From: Octopus sinensis
Lineage: Eukaryota
Direction: 5' to 3'
Length of the DNA stretch: 64,000 nt
Assembly: GCF_006345805.1 (NCBI RefSeq)
Contig: NC_043013.1
Location: 27,900,001-27,964,000 of the forward strand
Under the pieces are notes generated by a model, which had not been told where the DNA came from, did no database searches, and worked only from the letters and a program-made list of their open reading frames with translations. Positions 12,843 to 24,617 of the stretch are shown here, one piece after another; positions within the stretch are counted from its first letter, which is position 1, and each line of letters opens with the position of its first letter. A program made the translations under genes and the position numbers.

Positions 12843-13026
12843 CTGGTCTAAAGGGCTAGCTTTGGTTTCATGCCCATAAAGCGCTTAGCTTAACAGTGTT
12901 TCTTCAGACCCTAAAACCTGTCGACTTACTAGAGAGAACATAGGCCAACGGGTTTTAGGGTCTGAAGAAACGCTGTAAAGCTAAGCGCTTTACGGATGTG
13001 AAACCTAGGGTAACCCCATAGACCAG
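12843..13026. mobile_element. Fold-back element (probable MITE): 86-bp inverted arms, 12-nt loop
   Basis: 12843-12928 vs reverse complement of 12941-13026: ungapped, 70/86 identical by hand count. Confidence 0.9.
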
Positions 13027-13059
13027 ATCTATCTATCTATATATATATATCCCAGCTGA

Positions 13060-13300
13060 GAGATCATCTTGCAAATTACTTGGTGACCTCACTGATGCTA
13101 GTGCCATGTAAAAAGCACCTGTGCTGGTTCTGCATAAAAATTACCCAGTACACTTTGTAAAGTGGTTGGCATTAGGAAAGGTTTTCAGATGTAGAAACCA
13201 TGCCAAAGCAGACAATGGAGCCTGGTACAGCTCTCAGGCTTGCCAGTTCCTGTCAAACAATCCAACCCATGCCAGCATGGAAGACAGAAATTAAATGATT
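13060..13300 (+). mobile_element. SINE family B
   Basis: GTAAAGTGGTTGGCATTAGGAA..TCCAACCCATGCCAGCATGGAA. Confidence 0.88.
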
Positions 13301-13767
13301 ATGTATGTATGTATGTATGGTTGTATATGTGTTTGTGTGTGTGTGCATGTTTGTATATGTGTTTGTGTGTGTGTATGTTTGTGTATACTCTTGTCTTAAC
13401 ATCATGTGATGGTTGTAAATGTGCATAGCCATGGGGAAATATTATCTTGCTTGAGAATAGGTGATGGCTGGTGACAGCAAGGGTATCAAGCTGTAGAGGA
13501 AGCTATCTCAGCAAATTACATGACCCATGCAAGCATGAAAAAACAATAACGATGATGATGATGATGATGAATGATGATGATGAATGATGATGATATATAT
13601 ATAGAGTTTGTTTCAGTTTTTTCGAGCCAGTTGCAATCTCTTTCAGTTTTACAGTTTCATTGGAAATGAAACTATAAATATTACATGTTCATACATGTTC
13701 ATTATATTTAATATATCAGATATATGCATGTATTAAAATTTGAATAAGTAATACACACACACACATC

Positions 13768-14015
13768 AATCATCATTTAATGTCTGTTTTCCATGTTGGC
13801 ATGAGTTGGACAGTTTGGCAAGAGTTGGCATGCAGGAGGCTTGTTCCAAGCTCCAGTGTCTGCTTTAACAGGGTTTCTATAGCTTGATGCCCTTCCTTTA
13901 CATGGCACCATCACCAGCAGGGTCACAAGTAACTTGCAAGAACAAAGACCCCTCAACTGAGAAGCAGGGAGCAGTACTGAGGGAGATGGATTTGTGCCAA
14001 TTGAGGAGAGGTTAA
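13768..14015 (-). mobile_element. SINE family B, internally deleted
   Basis: CATCATTTAATGTCTGTTTTCCATG..GATGCCCTTCC. Confidence 0.8.
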
Positions 14016-15107
14016 AAAGAATAATAATAGAGGTGCACACACACACATACACACACACACACACAATGTACGTTATATAAACAGTATTAACCTCTGATGG
14101 ACATAGCGCACCATTGTTTATTTATTTCTCTCCTCTAAAAGGGATCAATATCATTTACTCAAATAACAACCCCAGAATATTACTGGTGTTGAAGTAAAAT
14201 ATCAGAGTGAACAGTATTAGACAACTGGCTCGTAATTCCGAAGTAAAATCTTGTGTAATAAGTATTTGACTGCCAACTTATATAATTTCCAAGTCAAATT
14301 GAATGATTCATTGTGCATTGGAGCAGTTCACTAAATTCTGCATTGCTTCAGTTGCTGGTTGTAGGTAACAAATCATCTGCGAATATTGTCTCAAATAAAC
14401 CAGCAAAGCCTGTCTACAGCAAAATACTTATCCGTCTGCCACTTATATAATAACTTGAAATGCCTTTATATTATTTAATGCCTTTGTGTTTAAAATAGAT
14501 TTTTATATCACGTTTACTAAACAACAGCAATGATGGTTACAGGTTTCCAATGGAATCAATCACTGGTTCACTGCATGTCTGGTGGTGAGAGGGATATCGG
14601 ATTGTCTGTGAAACTTGGGGTTAAACAAATATCACATAAAGTATTATTTTTTATTTATTTTTTGAAACAACCAGTTTTTTAAAAATTATTTTCCTTACCA
14701 AAGTTTCTGTCAATATAAAGCAAAAGGATGTAGCTATGATTTTAGATAATTATTTATTTAGCAATTTCGTCTTATTTAGGAGATTCATCAGGAATGATAT
14801 TCCTGGAATTATCATGAAGGTTCATTCCGGATAATGCTTCAAAACAAGATTAAAAACGCTACATAAATAATTAGCCAAAATTTATAAAATCTGTACACCA
14901 TAATCCATCCATCCATCCATCCGTCTGTCCGTCCGTCCATCCATCCATAGGGACAATGATGCAAATAAACAGATAAAACTCCTTGGGTTTGATATACAGA
15001 ATATATATACATCTTAACTCCACACACACACACACACATACACATTTTCATAGTGTGCATTATAGGTAGGGTTGGCAAGAAAAGTATGCTATCCAGTGAC
15101 AGATAAA

Positions 15108-15388
15108 TATCATTTAATACACACAGTGTTTAAATAAGAGTTACAAACAGTTTCATGCCATGGAAACCTGATAATTTGGCAGAGTTATATAACACACCTT
15201 TTGTCTCAAAACAATCTTTCAGGTTCAGACCAGCATCCTGGTTTTCAAAGATGACTAACCATGTGCACGGAACCTGAAAGATTGCTTGGAGACACAGTCC
15301 ACGTTATCTAAATTTGCCAAATAATTGTGTTTCCATGGCATGAAACTTTTAGCAGCTCTTATTTAAATACTGTGAGTATTAAATTATA
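15108..15388. mobile_element. Fold-back MITE with ~120-bp imperfect inverted arms (possibly Tc1/mariner-like)
   Basis: ATTTAATACACACAGTGTTTAAATAAGAG..GTTTCATGCCATGGAAAC..CAATCTTTCAGGTTC pairs with GAACCTGAAAGATTG..GTTTCCATGGCATGAAAC..CTCTTATTTAAATACTGTGAGTATTAAAT. Confidence 0.85.
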
Positions 15389-16423
15389 TATAGAGAACTG
15401 AGTCAATGAAATGAAACCCAGCATATATTTTAAATCTGGAAATTACTAATCTTTTCCTATTGAATCAGTAAGTGGCAAGGGACACAAACAAACCAACACC
15501 AGTTAAGAAACAATGAGAGACAAGCACAGTCTCTCTCTCTCTCTCTCTCACTCACACACAAGTAGGTGTATGTGTGTGTGTGTATGTATACACATAAATA
15601 CACACACACAATTATATATACACTATACACATTTACACACACATGCATACATACAGACAAACATGTATATGCAATTAAATATACACATACACATACGTAT
15701 GCATGCACATATATACACAAAATAGTATTAAATATACAAAAATAACAAAAACAAATAAATACACATAAGCATTATTATTGTCTGAATAGTTCTGAGTGAA
15801 TCTAATAGCATTAGTTTGGTCTTTCTCTGGAATTATTTCACAACAGAAAACCAACCAACCAACCAGCCAACAAGCCAACCATAATTATCTTTGCTACGAC
15901 TCTAAAGAATTACTTATTTGCTTCTTCTCATAGAAGACCCTTCTCCCAGATGAGACTTTTTGGTTGTTTTGTTCATGTAAACTAACTCATTTGAATAGTC
16001 TTCAATTTAAGGTTAAGCATAAATACACAGCTGTGCCTCATTAATTCTATTTTAGAGGATTTCATTTTTATTATTATTTTTTTTTTACTAAATTAAAACC
16101 TATCTACAGAGCAATGAAAATACAAATGTATAAACCTCTTCCAAACACACACAACAAATACCTTACAAACAAAACCATTTTTATGTTTATAATATGACTT
16201 AACTGAATTATGTTCTAGTATTATACCAGAATATAGCAGACAACCCCCGCTCTCTCTCTCTCTCTCTCGTTTTCTCTCTCTCTCTCGTTTTCTCTCTCTT
16301 TATCTATCAATCTCCATATAGAGGTGATGGCATGGAGAGAGAGGGGGGGGGGGAGGAAATGGAGACAGCAAAATATGAAACAGATATCAAGATGACTTAT
16401 ACATGTATGTATATTATGTGTGT

Positions 16424-16455
<32 letters not shown>

Positions 16456-16572
16456 ATTATATTTAATAATCATTACAGATTCTATTACAGTGAAATGAAA
16501 GTAGGATAAGGGAACATAAGTGAAGAGTTTTATAAGAAATAAAAAAAAACAAAAAAAAACAAAATCAAAACA

Positions 16573-16622
<50 letters not shown>

Positions 16623-16876
16623 TTAAATAAATAAATGAATAAATATATAAATCCCACCAGTAAATAAATTAGATTTATTTGTAAATTGAATAAACTACCA
16701 CAAGAAGTAACAACTGAATGAAATCTCTCTCTCCTTCACATTTCTTTTTTTCTTTCCTCATATATATATATATATGTGTGCATGTGTGTGCGCACACACA
16801 CACGCACACACACTCACTCACACAATATGTATATAATATCTACATACACACACACATGTATGTATGTATGTATTTA

Positions 16877-16907
<31 letters not shown>

Positions 16908-17085
16908 TATATATATATATGTATATATATATTATATATGTATATATATATATATGTATATATATATGTATATATATATATATAAATATATATACACGTA
17001 TACATATATATATATACACGTATACATATATATACATACACATATACACACACATACACACACATATATATGTAGGTATGTATGT
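16573..17085. repeat. (AAT)n plus compound TA/TG/CA microsatellite block
   Basis: Direct reading. Confidence 0.93.
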
Positions 17086-17369
17086 ATTTATTTTTACTGG
17101 TGTCTCTTTTTTTTTTCTGTTCACTGTGTCTAAATAAAATTTACATCTCGGACAAAGAGCTATATTATATATATATTCCATTAAAAACTCTATTGTTTAA
17201 TATTGTTTGGTAAGGAAATTGATTTTTGTTTTTGCATCTTTGTTGTTGTATGTTTGTGTATTTGTTTGCTAATCAGAAATAGGAAACCAACTCTTTTTGG
17301 CCTCTTTTTTTTTTTTTTTTGCAGACTAGAAACTTATTCTTACTACTAATTATCAATGCTTATATACCG

Positions 17370-17538
17370 CTAACTAAAGAATTGGTCGCTTGTATGAGCT
17401 TGAGAGAGAGAGAGAGGGATTATTCACTAAAGAATTGGTAGTTAGCTTATGTAGAGGGTGAAAGTGAGAAGGGGGAGAAAGAGAGCATTGACTGAAGAGA
17501 AGTGGTAGTTAGCTTCTCATGCACGGAGATAGAGAGAA

Positions 17539-17585
<47 letters not shown>

Positions 17586-17652
17586 TAGTGAGTGAGTGAG
17601 CGAGGGTGTAGTTTGTTCATTAACTAAAGAATTGGTCATTAGATTCACATGC

Positions 17653-17720
<68 letters not shown>
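17370..17720 (+). repeat. Composite repeat: ACTAAAGAATTGGT-type unit x4 separated by (GA)n tracts
   Basis: Copies at 17373, 17426, 17623 (exact 14-mer) and 17491 (variant). Confidence 0.8.
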
Positions 17721-17725
<5 letters not shown>

Positions 17726-17795
17726 GGAGGGAAATATGAAGAGAAAGAGAATGAGAGAAAGGTAAACTAATTGAAAAATTAGTAGCTTGCTTCTT

Positions 17796-17837
<42 letters not shown>

Positions 17838-18155
17838 CATCTCCATCACCTTTCTTCTCTTTCTATTCACTGCAGGGAATATTATTTGTTTGATTGTGGC
17901 TAAACTGCAATCTTTTCACAGCCAATCGTATTTTGGAAGAACTGAATAAAATGGAAGGAATTAATAACGTGCTACAGCTAAAGATTTTTGAGTAATGCAT
18001 TGATGTCAATCGAGGCATCAGGTCAATTGTGTAGATCTAAGAATCCCCCTGATTTTTGCTTTTACTGCACTGACGAGATGAAGAATATACAAAAAGAGGG
18101 GGGGGGAGAAAAAAGAGAAAATCACACTTTGCCAACTGGAGTCAAGAGAAAAACA

Positions 18156-18204
<49 letters not shown>

Positions 18205-18232
18205 GCTACTACTGCTGCTGCTGCTGTTGCTG
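18156..18232. repeat. (TAC)n grading into (TGC)n
   Basis: Direct reading. Confidence 0.97.
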
Positions 18233-18299
18233 TCTTTTATTTTGCAATTCTATATCTCTGCGATGAGGAATTTTTATAATATATACTGTTTATATTAGT

Positions 18300-18480
18300 C
18301 AGGCTGGTGCCCTCATCTTGATTGTTGATTTCTCTACATTTCATTTCTTGTATGTTCCAGCCTTCTTCGGGTGTCTTGTGTTGAACTCAGTTGTTGTTTA
18401 GGAAATTTCAAACCTAACACTTTATTTGATTCATGAGGGTACACTCTTCTCATACTACTCTCATGGCATTTTTTTCTTCA
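18300..18480 (-). mobile_element. Possible decayed Penelope terminal repeat with hammerhead-like remnant
   Basis: Minus strand GACAC-CCGAAGA-AGGCTGGAACATACAAGAAAT-GAAA-TGT resembles CTGANGA..GAAA core layout of PLE terminal repeats; core mutated. Confidence 0.3.
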
Positions 18481-18546
18481 GTCTAATTTCTTGTGAATTA
18501 CCTTAGTACCTTGCCTGGGATTGAACTTAGAACCTGTAGGTGCCTG

Positions 18547-18876
18547 CATCATCATTTAACATCCACTTTCTATGCTAGCATAGGTTAGATGATTTGACTG
18601 GAACTGGTAACCCAGAGAGCTGCACCAAATTCCAGTCTGACTTGGAATGGTTTCTAAGGTTGGATGCCCTTCTTAACGCCAACCACTCCAAGAGTGTAAT
18701 GGGTGCCTTTTATGTGCCACCAGCACGAGTGCTTTTACATGCCACTGGCATGGGAGCCAGTTATGTTACATGGGCATTGGCCATGACTATGGTTTCGCAT
18801 GACTTGATGAGGCTTCTCAAGCACAGCATATTACAAAAGGTCTCAGTCACTTGTCATAGCCTCCATGAGGCCCAAT
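18547..18876 (-). mobile_element. SINE family B with 5' extension
   Basis: TGGATGCCCTTCTTAACGCCAACCACTCC; extension CTTCTCAAGCACAGCATAT..AAAGGTCTCAGTCAC also seen at 28760-28980. Confidence 0.88.
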
Positions 18877-19074
18877 AGCATATACATGTAAATATGTATT
18901 TGCTTGTAATAAATGGGAGTGGAGGGGAAGAAATGTCCTACAATGTATTGAAACAAGTTAAAAATTTAGTAAAAAGAAAAAAAATATTTTAAATGAACAA
19001 ATACCAAAGGTCATGAATGTTGGGTAATAATAAAAAAAAAATGGTTACGAATAAAATTAGTCAAAATAAGGTTC

Positions 19075-19450
19075 ATCTGAAAGATCTGTGGAGTAACAAT
19101 ACTCAATAGGGTGCATTGCATGGAGATCAGGGAGTCTCACCAGGGTAAGCTGCTACTTGTCTGCATTGAGGGGGCTCACCTCTGGTGCTAGGGAAATATT
19201 ATGAGAATGTTGCAGGAAAGGATCACAAGACAGATTCTTCAAGTCAAGCCATCTGGTAGGAGACCTAGAAGTAGACCAAGAGTCAAGTGGTTGGATAATA
19301 TCTATTGTCTCAGACAGTCATGTTTGGGAATCCAGAAAGGGTAATGATGATTGCTTCTGACAGGACCCTATGAAATGAGGTACCTGAGAGATCTAACCCC
19401 ACTAACCTCTCAGGAATAGCAGGTAGAGAAGTTGGATGGTTGGATGGATG
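19075..19450 (+). mobile_element. RTE-clade LINE 3' end (Expander/Rex3-like), decayed
   Basis: Translates KICGVTILNRVHCMEIRESHQGKLLLVCIEGAHLWC*GNIMRMLQERITRQILQVKPSGRRPRSRPRVKWLDNI (cf. RTE L.W.GH..RM..G.RPRGRP...W.D); ends in (GGAT)n tail. Confidence 0.85.
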
Positions 19451-19524
19451 AAAAAACAAGGGGTCGCCCATCCATATAGAAGGGAGAAGCTTTCACTGAG
19501 ACAGAATCAGAGTATCCCCATCTC

Positions 19525-19685
19525 CCATGCTGGAGCACTGACTTGAAAGGTTTAGTCAAGCAAATTGACTCTAGTATTTATTTAAAAACCTGGAACTTAT
19601 TCCAGCTTTTGCCAAACTGCTAATTCACAAGGATGTAAACAAACCAACACAGGTTGTTGTGCATAGAGGTGGATGTGGGATACAT

Positions 19686-19725
<40 letters not shown>

Positions 19726-19878
19726 CAGGCTTCCACACAGTTTTCATCTATGAAATTCACTCACAAGGCTTTGGTCAGCCCAGAATTGTAGTAGGAGACA
19801 GTTGGCCAAGGTGTCATATAGTGAAACTGAACCTGGAACTGTATGGTTGCAAAATGAGCTTCTTAACTCTTCAGCTAT
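19525..19878 (-). mobile_element. SINE family A
   Basis: CCATGCTGGAGCAC..(CA)n..CACTCACAAGGCTTTGGTC..CTGAACCTGGAAC. Confidence 0.88.
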
Positions 19879-20284
19879 ATTTCTTGTTAGTTTTTTTTTT
19901 ATTTTTCTGTTTAGAAGGGGTGCATATTTTTTATTAGTTCTACCATGGCTGTGGTGAATTCCTCTTCTGCTTCTCCATATGTTGAAGCCTTTTGAAATTT
20001 ATTGTAAACACTGTTCACAAAATATAAAATTTAAAAATTTTCAAAGACAGATTCCAATTTTCGAACCTAACATAAGTAGGGTGGGCATTGAGCTCTTCTA
20101 AAAACTTTTTACTAGCAAAATATTTCAAAAGAAAAAAAAATTCTATGAAGTATAAACATAGTAAGTTCAAGAAAATTGAGACATGGAGAAAGAGACAGAA
20201 AACGAAGCAAATATGTTTGTATTTCACCAGAATACGACGATGGCGGCGGCAGTGGTGGTGATGGTGGTGGTGGTGGTGGATACT

Positions 20285-20600
20285 GAAGAAATGGGGTGGA
20301 AAAAAATCAAGAAAAATCAGGACCTTGCCAGAGAGATGAAGAAATTTTGGAAGAGTAAGGCAACAATTATTCCTGTGGTAATTGGTGCACTTGGCACATC
20401 ATCCAAAATGCTAGCTAAAAGACTGACTGAAAGATATTGGAACTGAGACTTGCATAGTTGACCTGCAGAAAAGTACCATTCTATGTTATGTAAGAATTCT
20501 AAGAAAGATTCTTGAGATTTCAGGAGACCTGTTGTCGCCAAACCTAAAGATAAAATACCTACTAAATTAGCAGGTAATAGTTCTAATATTATGATGATGA
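20285..20600 (+). mobile_element. R4/Dong-type non-LTR retrotransposon, RLE C-terminus + 3' UTR (decayed)
   Basis: KKNQDLAREMKKFWKSKATIIPVVIGALGT (cf. KYxDL..W...IPVVIGALG of restriction-like endonuclease). Confidence 0.85.
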
Positions 20601-20609
20601 TGATGTATC

Positions 20610-21026
20610 TGTCAAGACCTACCAAAAACTGAGAAAATAAATAGAAATTGGCAAAATGTGGAACCTCAAGACTAATATAATATCTGTTATTATAGGTGCC
20701 CTTGGAATGATAGCAAAAGGGGCTGATTCCTACTTAGTTCAGATACCAAGAAACCCCAAAATGGCAGAAATACAAAAGGTAGTGCTCATGGGAACTGCCC
20801 ACATCCTACATAAAATACTGTCTATGTAATTTCAAATTTTAAAACAAATGTATAATTTTTTTAATGTTTTCTTAAACATTCTCTAGAACAATACTATGTC
20901 AAAACCAAATATATGACACCCTCGGCATAACACCAACTTGAACATCTAACTTGTTGTCTCATGAGGTCTCCAGGTGAGACTTGAAGTCAACTTGTACAAA
21001 TACATAACAAAAGTCAAACATATAAT
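20610..21026 (+). mobile_element. Second R4/Dong-type 3' end + 3' UTR (different subfamily)
   Basis: IEIGKMWNLKTNIISVIIGALGMIAKGADSYLVQIPRNPKMAEIQKVVLMGTAHILHKILSM* (stop 20827-20829). Confidence 0.88.
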
Positions 21027-21612
21027 AGGGGCATCTTCCAAGGGGAGTGCCTGTCCCCACTGATCTTTGTACTGTGCTTGATACTACCAACACTGATTCT
21101 GAAGACAGCAAAAGCTGGGTATGTATTCAAAAGCCGCCAATGAAAAGTCAATCATTTGCTATTCATGGAGGACCTCAAATTTTATGGTAAAGATGAAGCC
21201 AAAGTCAGTTTCCTTGTTGATACCTTCGGTGCTGATATCGGAATGGAGTTTGGACTGAGAAAGTAGTGGTGTGTTAGTCTCGAAGAGAGGCAAAATCAAA
21301 TGTATGGATGGGCTAACGATACCGTCGGTGGAGGTTATGAAGTAGATAGAAGAGATGGGCTATAAGTACTTGGAGATTTTGGAAATGGATAAATTGATGG
21401 AGAGAGAAATGACAGAAAAATTCAAGGTGGAGTATTTGCGCAGACTGAGACTGATCCTAAAGTCAAAATTAAAAGGACGGAATAAGATCGAAGCTATCAA
21501 CACCTGGGCAGTTTCATTCATTAGATATGGAGCAGTGGTACTCACATGGTCAATAGACGAACTAAACAGCTTAGACAAAAAGACAAGGAAGTTGCTAACT
21601 AGATATGGGTCA
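21027..21612 (+). pseudogene. R4/Dong-type reverse transcriptase fragment (inactive)
   Basis: RGIFQGECLSPLIFVLCL..NHLLFMEDLKFYG..DIGMEFGL..YKYLEILE..YLRRLRLILKSKLKGRNKIEAINTWAV; stops, frameshift, catalytic YMDD changed to FMED. Confidence 0.93.
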
Positions 21613-21706
21613 CCTTGATGGAATTTGAACCCAGAAAGTAAAGATAGACCAAATGCTGCTAAGCATTGTGTCCAGCATGCTAACAATTCTGCTAGCTTGT
21701 CACCTT
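21612..21706 (-). mobile_element. SINE family D head
   Basis: GGAATTTGAACCCAGAA..GCTAAGCATT..GCATGCTAAC..TTCTGCTAGCT. Confidence 0.75.
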
Positions 21707-21748
21707 AATAATGATCATAATAACAACAACAATAATGATGATGATGAC

Positions 21749-21785
<37 letters not shown>

Positions 21786-21839
21786 TTAATGACAATCATA
21801 ATAATAATCCTACAGAAGCAGTACCACACCAAAAATGTT

Positions 21840-22080
21840 CCATTTTCCATGTTGGCATGGGTGGAATGGTTTGACAAGATCTGGTGAGTTGCAAGGCTGT
21901 ATCAGGCTCCAGTGTCAGCTTTGACATAGTTTGACATGGCTGGATGCCCTTTCTGATGCCAACCATTTTACAGATTGTACTGGGCGCTTTTTTTTTTTTT
22001 TTTGGCGCCACCAGTACAAGTGTGGTTGCCAAGTAACTCGTAAGACAGGAAAATAACTGACAAGAATTCATTGAGCAGAG
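21840..22080 (-). mobile_element. SINE family B
   Basis: TTTCCATGTTGGCATGGG..GCTGGATGCCCTTTCTGATGCCAACC. Confidence 0.85.
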
Positions 22081-22556
22081 GTTAATGAATTCAGCCCTAC
22101 TGAAGTTATTTCACCCTGCTCATGGGCAAGGACACTTTATTCCACATTGCCTCAGTCCACCTAGCTGATGGAAACATGCCCCAGAGCAGTTCAAATGTTA
22201 CTTATGATAGAGTGGTGTGCCATATCCAGGTGAGCATTTTATTTCTCACCTGATTAACACCATGAAACTGGAATCAAATATGAGAGGAAGAGCTTGAGTA
22301 TGGAAAGAGTACAAAATAAAGTACATCTGTGAGAGAAAGATGAGAGAAAGAGTAAGGATAGAACTGGGAGAGAGAGGGCAAGTAAGGAGATAGTAGAGAT
22401 ACAGGAGTACAGAGAGAGAGAGATTAAAGAAACAGACAATATATATGAGGGAGAGATGTAAGAGACAAGGAGAGGGAGTAATGAGAATAAAAAGCTAGAA
22501 ATGTATGAGAGAGAATAGAATGAAAGAGAAGAGAGAGGGGTGGGTGAGAGACATAT

Positions 22557-22587
<31 letters not shown>

Positions 22588-23513
22588 CATAGTAACAAAC
22601 TAGATAGATTAATAGATATAAAGAGGGGAGAAGGGCAAGGTAGTTTAACAAATGGAAGAGGTGGCGGAGGGAAAAAAAAGTTGGTTTATCAAAGTGTGTG
22701 GCAGAGGTAGGGGGTCAGAAACAAAAAGAGAAGAAGGAGAAAAAAAAAAAAAGATATTTATTTGATATTTGAGATGAAAATGGTTCCACATTATTACGAA
22801 TAGAAATGTAAAAATTCATTTTGCTAAAACTAAAATGTATAATTAAATGCCAAATGATCTCAATACTTACAAAATGCATACACGTCTGAATTGAGAATAT
22901 ATTACAGCTTGCTTAATATATAATAACTTAAGTCATGTAATTTTGCTTTCAACACACACACACACACACACACACAGATACGTGTGTGTGTAGACACAGA
23001 GGGTGATTATAATATAAAATATGAATTTAAATATGAATGGAGTTTAATTGCAGGTTGTCTTTTTTTTCTTTTGTTTTTGTTGTTTCCTTTTTTTTTTCTT
23101 TTCGGCTTTCTTTCTCCGAATGACAATTTCAGGAAGTAATGAAGATTAATGGAAGAGATAAAACTTAGATAAATGAATATATTTCCGGAATTTATGCTGA
23201 ATTTCTAGTTTAATCAGATATTTATTTAAAATATCCAGAAAGACACACAGAAAATAAATTAAAAACTAACGAGGAAACAAACAAAAGCAACAACAATACC
23301 CTATACTTAGGCATTGGTGTAGTAGTAGTAGTAGTAACAGTAGTAGTAGCAGTAGCAGTAGTAGTCGTAGTAGTAGCAGCAGATGAAATTAAGTTTGATT
23401 CTTTATTACATAAAACAGAGCTAGAAAAGCCGCAATCTCCATGTTGAGAATCTAAAATCCAAATTGCCATATTCCTAGATGAGCACACACACACAAACAC
23501 GCATGCACACACA

Positions 23514-23561
<48 letters not shown>

Positions 23562-24225
23562 ACACACACACAAAAGCACATCCCACATATATACTTACCC
23601 TTCCTTGTTCCCTCACTTGCATATATTTATTCAATCATTTCACAACCACTTTTCCATACTAGCATGAGTTAGATGGATCTCTTTCTCTCTCTCCCTCATA
23701 TATATATATATATATAATCTCACACACACACACATCTACATTATATATATGTGAGAGTTCATTTTCATATAACAAGATGAGCATACCATATACACACATT
23801 TAAATAAAACATTCTCATTACCGCAGCCGCCACCACCACCTCCACTACCACCACCACAGTTTATCATTCTCATGCTATTCAATGCAAGCGCCATTAACAT
23901 TTCAATGTGTCCTGATGCTACTTCCTATTCTCTTCAAAACTGAACTTTCTCAGATGTGATTAAACTACTTTCCAAATCTTGTGTTTGTATTTTACAGCAT
24001 GTACCTACCTTTCCACGAACAGCTTGCAACACCAACTGTCATTGCTAATTCACATTGCACACTCAGCCCTCAGTGTAAGCCATCTTCGATAGCCAGATAT
24101 TTATTCCAGTCATTCAAGGGGAGCAAAGTAAACCTTTGCAATTTTCCATTCTACATCTTACAGGTCCCAAGTTTCCCTAATGCATTTCTCAGATAGTCAG
24201 CACTAGAGAAAATGAGAGAGAAGTA

Positions 24226-24448
24226 TAAAAAAGCAGGTGCTGAAAAATTGCTGGCTTTGGGTAAAAGAAAATACAGGAGGATCAGTGAATTATGATTTTA
24301 TTCAACATATTCCCCTCTTAGATTCACACATTTATTGCAACAGTCCTTCAGTTTCTCTAAGCCCTGTAAAATAACTCAGAAGGTTAGGCCTACAACCAGG
24401 CCTTTCATGGTACCCTTAAAGCCAGGAAATTTTCAGCACCCCCTTGTA
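24226..24448. mobile_element. mariner-like MITE
   Basis: GGTGCTGAAAAATTGCTGGCTTT (left) vs AAAGCCAGGAAATTTTCAGCACCCCCTTG-TA (right); terminus resembles mariner TA-CGAGGGG. Confidence 0.75.
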
Positions 24449-24617
24449 TGTATATGTACATGTACACACACACATATTATGTAGATGGGGTTAAAATCCA
24501 AGGTGGGTCCTCTTGAAGCACACCTGTTTATTCCAGTGTTCCAAATCCATGTACAGATATTATATTTGTGTGAGGTAAGCATAAGAGTTGAAAATTCTGG
24601 GAAATATTTTTTGTAGA

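Larger units (their letters stand above)
12610..13590 (+). mobile_element. Composite SINE: family-A head (12610-12770) + B2 tail (13380-13590), with nested insertions between
   Basis: CAGGTTCAATCCCACTG head; tail GGGGAAATATT..GAATAGGTGA..GACCCATGCAAGCATG..(ATG)n homologous to 26518-26770 and 43315-43410. Confidence 0.6.

Noticed and set aside
17370-17720. CRISPR-like repeat/spacer pattern
   Set aside because: Spacers are GA microsatellite of variable length; repeats short and degenerate
21355-21618. Functional RT gene
   Set aside because: Fragment only; upstream stops, frameshift and mutated catalytic motif
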